From contig OZ244865.1 of the NCBI GenBank assembly GCA_965221075.1, forward strand, positions 2,539,605 to 2,603,604: a stretch of 64,000 bases of DNA. The letters run 5' to 3'. Shown here piece by piece: positions 9,289 through 17,205 of this stretch. The DNA is from Limisphaerales bacterium (GTDB taxonomy: Bacteria > Verrucomicrobiota > Verrucomicrobiia > Limisphaerales > AAA164-E04). The position numbers were made by a program, and so were the translations under genes. Position 1 is the stretch's first letter, and the number at the start of each line of letters is the position of its first letter. The notes under the pieces are model-generated. The model was not told the origin of the DNA. It was given only the letters and a program-made list of their open reading frames with translations, and made no database searches.

Positions 9289-10350
9289 CTACTCCAGCTC
9301 GAGCAGACGGCGCTGCCAGCGCATCAGCCGGGGGAGGCTTCCCTTCCTGTCCCGGGAGAGGGCCAGCAGGGTCGACTTGCTGGCAATGATGGTGGGGTCG
9401 ATGCCCAGCTCTCCGGCCCTTGCGTCCCGGATCTTCCTCATCGCCTCCATCGGGGGGCCATCGCCCCTGCCCTGGCGCCTGGGCGCCTTGGGAGGCGGCT
9501 TGGGCCAGTCCTCCGAAGGCATCGCCCCCGCCGCTTCTACGCACTTGGCGAGGCCGAGGATCCGTCGCCGGGAGAACCGGCGCGGGATGTGCTTCCTCCA
9601 GCCCTTCCCCTCCCCGCAGCAGATCGAGATCTGCAGCAGCCGGTCGTGGCTCAGGACGAAGAAGGGGGGACGGTTGCACCTGCAGGCCTCCTTCTCCCGC
9701 CACCCCCACAGCTCCCGCAGGAAGGCCTGAGCCCTGGGCGCCAGATCCTTGCTTCCCTTGATCCGCCAGGGATCCTCGACCTCCTGATCCATGCTGCGGA
9801 CCGCCTCCTCGCCCAGCGCTTCGCCGACCTCCTGGAGCCACTCAAGCCGTCCCTTCCGGGCCAGCTGCTCGGAGAGGATCCGGCGCAGGGAATGGAGGTA
9901 GCGGACATCGTTGAGCGCGTACTCCTCCATCTTGGGGCCCAGGGGGCGCTTCCCCCAGTCGGCCCTCTGGAGCTCCTTCTCCAGCTTCACCTGGTGGAAC
10001 CTCTGGACCAGATGGCTCAGGCCGAACTCCTTGAAGCCCAGCAGCCGGGCGGCCCACATGGTGTCGAACACCCTGGGCCTCAGGAAGCCGTGGTGCTTGG
10101 CCAGGAGCCGGAGGTCGTAGTCGGCCGCATGGATGATCAGCCCGGCCTTTCCCAGCCGATCCCACAGGGGGGAGAGATCCAGCGGCGCCAACGGGTCGAT
10201 CAGGACCCCCTCCCCCGGCAGGGACAGCTGCAGGAGGCACAGCTTGGAGGGATAGGAGTGGAAGCTGTCGGCCTCGGTGTCCAGACCGATCCAGGGAGCG
10301 CCCCGGGCCCGGTCGAGCCACCGGGCCAGTTCCTTGCCGGTCTCGATCAC
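9289..10350 (-). CDS. rnd: ribonuclease D (DEDD 3'-5' exonuclease with HRDC-like C-terminus)
   Basis: 353 aa. Contains WIGLDTEADSFHSYPSKLCLLQLS (ExoI), HAADYDLRLL, and ALNDVRYLHSLR (ExoIII Y-x3-D). Confidence 0.8.
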   Translation of the reverse strand: MIETGKELARWLDRARGAPWIGLDTEADSFHSYPSKLCLLQLSLPGEGVLIDPLAPLDLSPLWDRLGKAGLIIHAADYDLRLLAKHHGFLRPRVFDTMWAARLLGFKEFGLSHLVQRFHQVKLEKELQRADWGKRPLGPKMEEYALNDVRYLHSLRRILSEQLARKGRLEWLQEVGEALGEEAVRSMDQEVEDPWRIKGSKDLAPRAQAFLRELWGWREKEACRCNRPPFFVLSHDRLLQISICCGEGKGWRKHIPRRFSRRRILGLAKCVEAAGAMPSEDWPKPPPKAPRRQGRGDGPPMEAMRKIRDARAGELGIDPTIIASKSTLLALSRDRKGSLPRLMRWQRRLLELE

Positions 10351-10408
10351 GGCCTGGAACTGGAACTTCCAGGCAGTCGGCGAAGAGGAAGTCCAGGATG
10401 GGCCGATC

Positions 10409-11191
10409 TCATCTGCAGGGCGAACTCCGGCCTGAGGCGGCGAGATCGGGAGATCCCATGCAATCTCCCCGAGTCCGGTCCCGGGGCAGGGACGAGCATA
10501 CCCCCTTCCCCTCGCCTCCGGCCTGGTCCGGCGCCCGGCGCAGCGGCTTCTTGTCCCGAAGCCGCTTCATCGCTTCCTCGAAGCTTCCGAAGCGTCCCGT
10601 CCGCTGCTGCAAGCCTGGATCGGCGTCCAGTCCGCCGGGCTCTTCGATATCGGACTTGTCGGCCACCGCCACGAGTCTGGCGATCCCCTCCTGAAGCGCC
10701 TCTCCTGCCGCCCGGCGCCCTTCCAGCCAGGCTCCGTGGGCCTGACGGCGCAGGCCGGGATGCCGGGCCCGGCCAGCCGCAGATCCTCCAGGGCCCTGCA
10801 GCCCATCTCCCAGGCAAACGCCATGATCTCGAGGAGAAGGTCCTCCAGCTCCTTCGAGAACCGCCTGCGGAACGCTGCGATGGCGCCGTGGCCGGAATGC
10901 TGGTTTCCGGCGATGCAGAGGAAGGCGACCGATTCGCAGGTCGCCGCTTCCAGCTTCCGGCTCGAGAACACGCCTGCTGCGAAGCCGCAGAAGATCATCC
11001 CCACAAGAGCCTGCGGGTGGCAGGCCTGAATGCCGCGTGGAATGCATGACGAGGGGATCGGGGCCAGCTCCAGGCGCTCCACGATGCACTTGACCATGCG
11101 CGCTGTAGAACGCTTGAGGGGGCCAGTCCTCCATCGGGGCAGCCAGCAGAATCTGATAGACGTGAACGTTCGGACCGAAGTCGTATCCCAT
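10409..11191 (-). pseudogene. IS1182/IS5-like transposase, N-terminal part, frameshifted and 3'-truncated
   Basis: Minus frames read MGYDFGPNVHVYQILLAAPMEDW..., then after a shift ...CHPQALVGMIFCGFAAGVFSSRKLEAATCESVAFLCIAGNQHSGHGAIAAFRRRFSKELEDLL (the DUF772/InsH-N-type motif), then ...ADKSDIEEPGGLDADPGLQQRTGRFGSFEEAMKRLRDKK. The DDE catalytic part is missing. The remnant abuts rnd. Confidence 0.7.
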
Positions 11192-11291
11192 GTTTGCGAA
11201 CAGCCAGCCTCGTCGAGTCGGCCCGCCCCCTCGGAGAGTGCCTCGCCGTCCGCTGCCGGGACAGGACATTATTGTGCACCGCCAGAAAAAG

Positions 11292-11584
11292 CGGAACCTG
11301 TCAATGACATTGAAACGCTTTATCCATCAACTGGCTGAGCATTTCCACGCATCGGCAGGTTTGTCGCTGTGCTGGGTGCCGCCGCAGCTCACAGCGAGGA
11401 CCGGAGGCTCATGGCCCTCCACTGCAGGGGGCGCTGCCCCCTGCACCCCAGGACCACTTAGGGTAGGGAAATGGAACCGAACACATGGCGCAGCCTGTCT
11501 GTGACTATGGAGCCGAGTTGCCAGGCTAGTGCCAGCCACTGCTGTCCGGACAGCATCAACCCGAACGTTTACCAGCATAGGCCG
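11292..11584 (+). repeat. conserved non-coding element, copy 1 (full length, with 32-bp hairpin insertion)
   Basis: Aligns by eye to 53664-53919 and, over its first ~85 bp, to 60486-60570. All three copies start at the same base (cGGAACCTGTCAATGACATTGA). No conserved reading frame. Confidence 0.85.
11423..11445. repeat. palindromic hairpin TGCAGGGGGC-gct-GCCCCCTGCA (copy 1 of 2)
   Basis: Perfect 10-bp inverted repeat. It lies in a 32-bp segment present in element copy 1 but absent from copy 2. Confidence 0.9.
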
Positions 11585-11624
11585 AAGAAGCCGCACACCC
11601 TGACCGGGGCGGGGAGGGAGTCCA

Positions 11625-13013
11625 CTACCGCCCCATCCCCTGGTCGCCCTGGGAGCGGGAGGAATCCTTGGCTTGGCGGAGATCCTCGGCCGCCCTTTCC
11701 GCCGCCAGGGCCGCCTCCCATTGGACGAGGGCCTGGTCGAACTCGCCAGGGGGGGCGGGTTTCTCCGTCCCCGGACGGGTTCGTTCGATCAGCCACCTGC
11801 GCAGGCTGGGGATGGGACAGACCAGGGAGCCTGCGTCGTTGGACTGCAGGGCTCCCTTCTGGATCAGATGCCCAAGGAACTGGTCTGCGTCCATTCCTTT
11901 CGGAAGCTTCCAGCTCCTGCTATCCGGAGCGGCTTCAATCTTCTTGTCGATGAAGTCTAGCACCCTGCTGCGGCGCAGGCCTCCATCAGCAGGCAGCTCC
12001 TCCATGACCGCCGCCACCAGGTCCTCGGCGTTTTCCATTTCGGTGCTTTGGCGGGCTTGACAGCTCTTTTTCCGGTACTTGCGTGCGCGCTTCAGCATGG
12101 AGCGCAGATCGATGTTCTTGATTTCGCCTTCGGCTGGGCCGAGGGCCCAGAAGAGAGCGGCGGCCTCGGTCCGGACATGCTGGGGCCAGCCCTCGGAACG
12201 CTCCACGACGCCGTCGGACAGGCAGCGCAACGCGTAGCCGACGCCCAGGCCGATGCGGCAGTTGACCAGCATCCGCTTCACGCAGGAGCGCACCTCCTCG
12301 CCGGCAAGGGCTCCCAGGGTGCAAACGTTGCCTATTTGCAGGCGGCTGAGGCCGGCCTCGGCCAGGGCGGCGGTGGAATTGGCCAGGCCGGCGTAGATGG
12401 GGACGATGGGAAGGCGGTGCTCCCCGAGATGGAGGGCCGTTAGGACTTCCTCGTGGGATTTCCCGACGTTCTGAATCTCGTCCACCAGGATGCAGAGGGG
12501 CTGCTTCCAGTCCTGCGGAGGAAGGACTTCCTTCAGGATGGAGAAGGATGCGGCTTCCGGGTCGGTCGCACGGGTGGTCGACCCTTCCGCTCCGATGACT
12601 CCAAGGCCAATTCTGGCTCCAGTGTTCGTGACGACCTTCTGGCGATAGTCCTTCGCCTTGGAGGGATCGATCTTCCTGATGATCTCGAGCGCCGCCGACT
12701 CCGGATCCTTGAGGGAGATCTTGTCCATTGACAGGATATGCGGGCGGTCCTTCTTCCCGTCCCATTCCTCCTCCAGGTGCGAGAGGACAGCGGTCTTACC
12801 GGCCCCGGGGGCGCCCTGTAGGACGATGGTGTACCCAGCAGCTTTCTTCTGGTTCCTGGTGCGCTTGAGCGCTTCCTGGCAGTTGGCCTCGATCAGCTCG
12901 AGGATGTCCTGGCGGCCGACGAAGGCGGGAGCGGAATCCCTGTCGAAGGGGCGGCTGTAGCTCTCCAGCAGTTCCCGGTCGTACTGTTCGCGGCGCTTCA
13001 CGGCTGTAGGCAT
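11625..13013 (-). CDS. AAA+ P-loop ATPase (AAA_16/AAA_22, ORC/ExeA/TniB-like) with unrecognised C-terminal half, array copy A
   Basis: 462 aa from ATG 13013 (MPTAVKRREQYD; the track ORF starts 8 codons upstream). Walker A LQGAPGAGKTAV, Walker B LCILVDEIQN, then RLQIGNVCTLGALAGEEV. The C-terminal ~200 aa have no motif I recognise (possible winged-helix end, PIPSLRRWLIERT). Confidence 0.85.
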   Translation of the reverse strand: MPTAVKRREQYDRELLESYSRPFDRDSAPAFVGRQDILELIEANCQEALKRTRNQKKAAGYTIVLQGAPGAGKTAVLSHLEEEWDGKKDRPHILSMDKISLKDPESAALEIIRKIDPSKAKDYRQKVVTNTGARIGLGVIGAEGSTTRATDPEAASFSILKEVLPPQDWKQPLCILVDEIQNVGKSHEEVLTALHLGEHRLPIVPIYAGLANSTAALAEAGLSRLQIGNVCTLGALAGEEVRSCVKRMLVNCRIGLGVGYALRCLSDGVVERSEGWPQHVRTEAAALFWALGPAEGEIKNIDLRSMLKRARKYRKKSCQARQSTEMENAEDLVAAVMEELPADGGLRRSRVLDFIDKKIEAAPDSRSWKLPKGMDADQFLGHLIQKGALQSNDAGSLVCPIPSLRRWLIERTRPGTEKPAPPGEFDQALVQWEAALAAERAAEDLRQAKDSSRSQGDQGMGR

Positions 13014-13077
13014 CCTGCCACCGATAGCGTCTTCCACAAGAAGCCGTACATTCCGATTGGGGCGGGGAGGGGGGCCA

Positions 13078-14463
13078 CTACCGCTCCATCCCCTGGTCGC
13101 GCCGAGAGCGGGAGGAATCCTTGGCTTGGCGGAGCTTCCCGGCCGCCCTTTCCGCCGCCAGAGCAGCCTCCCACTGAGCGAGGGCCTGGTCGAACTCGCC
13201 CGGAGGATCGGGTTTCTCCGCCCCCGGACGGGTCCGGTCGATCAGCCACGAGCGCAGGCTGGGGATGGGGAAGGCCAGCGTGTCTGCGTTGATGGGCTGC
13301 AGGGCTCCCTTCTGGATCAGATGATCAAGGAACAGATCGGCGTCCATTCCCTTTGGAAGTTCCCATCCGGTGCCTTGGCCGACTTTGGCATTCCCTTTGA
13401 TGGCGTCCAGCACCCTGCTGCAGAGGAGGCCTCCGTCAGCAGGCAGTTCCTTCATGACTGCCGCCACCAGGTCCACGGCTTTCGCCATTTCGGTGCTTTG
13501 GCGGGCTTCATAGCTCTTTTCCCGGTACTTGCGTGCGCGCTTCAGCATGGAGCGGAGATCGATGTCCTTGATTTCGCCTTCGGCCGGGCCGAGGGCCCAG
13601 AAGAGAGCGGCGGCCTCGGTCCGGACATGCTGGGGCCAGCCCTCGGAGCGCTCCACGACGCCGTCGGACAGGCAGTCCAGCACGTAGCCGGCGCCCAGGT
13701 CGATGCGGCAGTTGACCAGCATCTGCTTCACGCAGGAGCGCACCTCCCCGTCGGCCAGGGGTCCCAGGGTGCAAACGTTGCCTATTTGCAGGCGGCTGAG
13801 GCCGGCCTCGGCCAGGGCGGCGGTGGAATTGGCCAGGCCGGCGTAGATGGGGACGATGGGAAGGCGGTGCTCCCCGAGATGGAGGGCCGTTAGGACTTCC
13901 TCGTGGGATTTCCCGACGTTCTGGATCTCGTCCACCAGGATGCAGAGGGGCTGCTTCCAGTCCTGCGGAGGAAGGACTTCCTTCAGGATGGAGAAGGATG
14001 CGGCTTCCGGGTCGGTCGCACGGGTGGTCGACCCTTCCGCTCCGACGACTCCAAGGCCAATTCTGGCTCCAGTGTTCGTGACGACCTTCTGGCGATAGTC
14101 CTTCGCCTTGGAGGGATCGATCTTCCTGATGATCTCGAGCGCCGCCGACTCCGGATCCTTGAGGGAGATCTTGTCCATTGACAGGATATGCGGGCGGTCC
14201 TTCTTCCCGTCCCATTCCTCCTCCAGGTGCGAGAGGACAGCGGTCTTACCGGCCCCGGGGGCGCCCTGTAGGACGATGGTGTACCCAGCAGCTTTCTTCT
14301 GGTTCCTGGTGCGCTTGAGCGCTTCCTGGCAGTTGGCCTCGATCAGCTCGAGGATGTCCTGGCGGCCGACGAAGGCGGGAGCGGAATCCCTGTCGAAGGG
14401 GCGGCTGTAGCTCTCCAGCAGTTCCCGATCGTACTGTTCGCGGCGCTTCACGGCTGTAGGCAT
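13078..14463 (-). CDS. AAA+ P-loop ATPase, array copy B (paralogue of copy A)
   Basis: 461 aa from ATG 14463. The first ~235 aa differ from copy A at one residue. The C-terminal half is clearly divergent (e.g. KGNAKVGQGTGWELP versus KKIEAAPDSRSWKLP). Confidence 0.85.
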   Translation of the reverse strand: MPTAVKRREQYDRELLESYSRPFDRDSAPAFVGRQDILELIEANCQEALKRTRNQKKAAGYTIVLQGAPGAGKTAVLSHLEEEWDGKKDRPHILSMDKISLKDPESAALEIIRKIDPSKAKDYRQKVVTNTGARIGLGVVGAEGSTTRATDPEAASFSILKEVLPPQDWKQPLCILVDEIQNVGKSHEEVLTALHLGEHRLPIVPIYAGLANSTAALAEAGLSRLQIGNVCTLGPLADGEVRSCVKQMLVNCRIDLGAGYVLDCLSDGVVERSEGWPQHVRTEAAALFWALGPAEGEIKDIDLRSMLKRARKYREKSYEARQSTEMAKAVDLVAAVMKELPADGGLLCSRVLDAIKGNAKVGQGTGWELPKGMDADLFLDHLIQKGALQPINADTLAFPIPSLRSWLIDRTRPGAEKPDPPGEFDQALAQWEAALAAERAAGKLRQAKDSSRSRRDQGMER

Positions 14464-14528
14464 CCTGCCACCGATGGCGTCATTCCGCAACAAGCCATTC
14501 GCCCTGACCGGGGCGGGGAGGAAGTCCA

Positions 14529-15160
14529 CTACCGCTCCATCCCCTGCTCGCCCTGGGAGAGAGAGGAATTCTTGGCCAGGAGGAGCTTCTCGGCCGCCCT
14601 TTCCGCCGCCAGGGCCGCCTCCCGCTGGACGAGGGCCTGGTCGAACTCGCCCGGTGGATCGGGTTTCTCCGCCTCAGGAAGAGTCCGGTTGATCAGCCAG
14701 GCGCGCAGGCTGGGGATGAGGAAGGCCAGCATGTCTGCTTTGATGGCTGCAGGGCGCCCTTCTGGATCAGATGATCAAGGAGCAGATCGGCGTCCAATCC
14801 TATTGGAAGCTTCCAGATCCTGTGATCCGGAGCGGCTTCAAACTTCATGTCGATGAAGTCCAGTACCATGCTGCGGAGCAAGCCTCCGTCAGCAGGCAGC
14901 TTCTTCATGATCGCCGCCACCAGGCCTTCGGCCTCCCGCATTTCGTCGCTCCGGCAGGCTTCATAGCTCTCTTTCCGGTTCTTGCGTACGCGCTTCTGAA
15001 TGGAGCGGAGATAGAACTCCTTGATCTCGCCTTCGGCCAGGCCGAGGGCCCAGAAGAGAGCGGCTACCTCGGTCCGGACATGCTGGGGCCAGCCCTCGGT
15101 ACGCTCCACGATGCCGTCGGACAGGCAGCGCAACTCGTAGCCGGCGCCCAAGCCGATGCC
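14529..15160 (-). pseudogene. array copy C': C-terminal-half-only cassette of the ATPase gene, frameshifted
   Basis: Homology to A/B begins abruptly at ...IGLGAGYELRCLSDGIVERTEGWPQHVRTE (about 15160). There is no Walker A/B region upstream. A 1-nt deletion near 14746 (gatgg-ctgcagg versus gatgggctgcagg) splits it into track ORFs 14693..15568 and 14529..14732. Confidence 0.8.
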
Positions 15161-15476
15161 GTCTCCGCCAATGATGGTGGAACACCTGCCCGCCCTCATT
15201 CCGTGTTCCACTGGCAAGTTCGAGGACATGAGCACGGGCAAGGATGCCATCACGCCCCTGGGGCGACAGTCGCGAAGCGCCCCGGAGCCGGGATAGGTGC
15301 TGGGATGCCGGTCCTTGATCCCGAGGGGGCAGCCATTCCTGTCCAAAGGCTGGCGCAGGCGTCCGTCCCTACTGGCATCCGGCTCCCGAGCCGAGTCTGG
15401 ACGGGCCCGGGCATGCCGTTTCGGCTCCCGAGCCGCAGGCTGGGCTCGCCGGTTGCCCGGAATCCTCCCCCATTCG

Positions 15477-15507
15477 TCCCTGCAGGGGGCTTTGCCCCCT
15501 GCAGGGA
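15477..15507. repeat. palindromic hairpin TCCCTGCAGGGGGC-ttt-GCCCCCTGCAGGGA (copy 2 of 2)
   Basis: Perfect 14-bp inverted repeat with the same core as 11423-11445. It lies on the other side of the ATPase array. Confidence 0.9.
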
Positions 15508-15751
15508 TGAGCCGGACTTCTCCAGCCAGAGCGCAGGGAAATGCCGAGCCATCCCGTTCCGGAACCATCGGATGGATGCCCGCAATCCAACGGAAGGGGA
15601 CGTTAGGAGCGCCACGGCCTCATTGAAGCATCACGCAGCCAGCAACGGAGAAGGGGCGGGAAGCGGGCGCCGTCCGGGCATCTGAGGTTGAATCCAGCGC
15701 TACCTGATCCCAGAATGGCTCCCCGGGCCCCTGCGGCGTTCCTTCGGTTGA

Positions 15752-16519
15752 ATGGGAGATTTCAAAGTCCAGTCCGACATATACGAAGGTCCCCTGGATC
15801 TCCTGCTTCACCTGGTGAAGAAGCAGGAAGTCGACATCTACCAGGTCGATCTGGCCCGGCTGGCTGCCGAGTTCATCGCCTACGTGGATCGCATGCGGGA
15901 GCTGGATCTCGACATAGCCGGGGAGTTCGTGGTGATGGCGGCCACCCTGATGCAGATCAAGAGCCGGGAGCTCATCCCCCGGGAGGATCGCGATCCCGAA
16001 CAGGAGGACGAGGATCCGGACGATCCCCGCTACGAGCTCATCCGGCAGCTGGTGGAGTACCGCAAGTTCAAGGACGCCGCCGCCGGTCTGGAAGGCATGG
16101 AGGGCGAGCAGGAGCAGGTGTACGGGCGCAGTCCCGCACGGCCGGATCTCCCTCCCGTCTCCCTGCCCCCGGACCTGGGAGGGACGACCGCTTTCGCCCT
16201 GCTTCAGGCGGTCAACTCCATCCTCTCCCGCGTCCGCAAGAGGGAGGAGGATGCCCGCCACATCCACGCCGACCCGTTCACCGTCAGCGAGAAGATCCAG
16301 CTCATCCGCGACACCCTGCTCCGGAGCAGCCGGGTGCGGTTCTCCCAGCTCTTCTCGCGGGTCCGCACCCGCCCCGAGGTGGTCTGCACCTTCCTGGCCA
16401 TACTGGAGCTCATCCGGCTCCACGTGATGAGAGTGGCGCAGGCCGAGCCCTTCGGGGAGATCGAGCTCGAAGCGAGGCCTCCCTCGGCTGAGGAACTCCA
16501 GAGCGTTCCGTCCGGCTGA
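15752..16519 (+). CDS. scpA: segregation and condensation protein A
   Basis: 255 aa. YEGPLDLLLHLVKKQEVDIYQVDLARLAAEFIAY is the ScpA N-terminal signature. Confidence 0.9.
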   Translation: MGDFKVQSDIYEGPLDLLLHLVKKQEVDIYQVDLARLAAEFIAYVDRMRELDLDIAGEFVVMAATLMQIKSRELIPREDRDPEQEDEDPDDPRYELIRQLVEYRKFKDAAAGLEGMEGEQEQVYGRSPARPDLPPVSLPPDLGGTTAFALLQAVNSILSRVRKREEDARHIHADPFTVSEKIQLIRDTLLRSSRVRFSQLFSRVRTRPEVVCTFLAILELIRLHVMRVAQAEPFGEIELEARPPSAEELQSVPSG

Positions 16520-16527
16520 TCCCCTCA

Positions 16528-17205
16528 ATGGATCTGGACCTGGTCATCGAATCCCTGCTCTTCGCCTCGCCCAAGCCCCTCTCGGCCCCCGAGCTGAAGG
16601 AACTGTGCCACCGGTCCGCCGAGCACGCCGGAGAGGAGGGGGCCTCCCTGCCGCGTCCCACCGCCCGCCAGATCGACAAGTCGCTCCAGTCCCTGGAGCA
16701 GCGCTACCAGGAAATGGGGCGAAGCTACCGGCTGCACTGCGTGGCCGGCGGCTGGCAGTTCGTCAACCGGACCGAGTTCGCTCCCTGGATCCGGGCCATG
16801 CTGGGGCGCAAGCCCCGGCCGCCCAGGCTCTCGCAGCCCGCTCTCGAGACGCTGGCCATCGTCGCCTACCGCCAGCCCCTGACCCGGGCCGAAGCGGAGC
16901 ACATCCGGGGCGTCTCGGTGGACGGGGTGGTGCAGACCTTGCTGGAGCGCAACCTGATCGAGCCCCTGGGCAGGGCCGAGGTGGCGGGTCGCCCCATGAC
17001 CTACGGGACCACCGGCCAGTTCCTGGAGTACTTCGGCCTCGCCTCGCTGGAAGACCTCCCCGACGCCCCGGAGCTCCAGCGGATCGAGGCGCCCTCCCCC
17101 GGACCTCCCCCTCGGGAGGAGGAAGCCGGGGACGCCCCGGAAGCAGCCCCGGAAAACCATGCCGAGGACAGCAGCGATGGCTCCCGAGAAGACCCCCCGG
17201 CTTGA
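16528..17205 (+). CDS. scpB: segregation and condensation protein B
   Basis: 225 aa. IESLLFASPKPLSAPEL, LETLAIVAYRQPLTRAEAEHIRGV, GRPMTYGTT. Confidence 0.9.
   Translation: MDLDLVIESLLFASPKPLSAPELKELCHRSAEHAGEEGASLPRPTARQIDKSLQSLEQRYQEMGRSYRLHCVAGGWQFVNRTEFAPWIRAMLGRKPRPPRLSQPALETLAIVAYRQPLTRAEAEHIRGVSVDGVVQTLLERNLIEPLGRAEVAGRPMTYGTTGQFLEYFGLASLEDLPDAPELQRIEAPSPGPPPREEEAGDAPEAAPENHAEDSSDGSREDPPA

Larger units (their letters stand above)
11585..15160 (-). repeat. tandem direct repeat, ~1450-bp unit x 2.45 (ATPase gene array)
   Basis: 12312-13020 matches 13762-14470 with 3 substitutions found by eye. The 45-bp segments after each stop codon (11585-11625, 13035-13078, 14486-14529) are also homologous. 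The third unit is truncated at ~15160. Confidence 0.95.

Noticed and set aside
11471-11953. ORFs 11190..11504+, 11471..11953+ and 53819..54262+ running through the repeated element.
   Set aside because: They use different frames in the two full-length copies because of indels, and they continue as antisense of real genes. They are not conserved as proteins.
14693-15568. 291-aa ORF suggesting a full-length third ATPase gene.
   Set aside because: Only its C-terminal ~155 codons are homologous to copies A and B. The upstream 137 codons are Arg/Pro-rich with no P-loop, and the frame ends prematurely because of a 1-nt deletion. It is treated as a truncated cassette.
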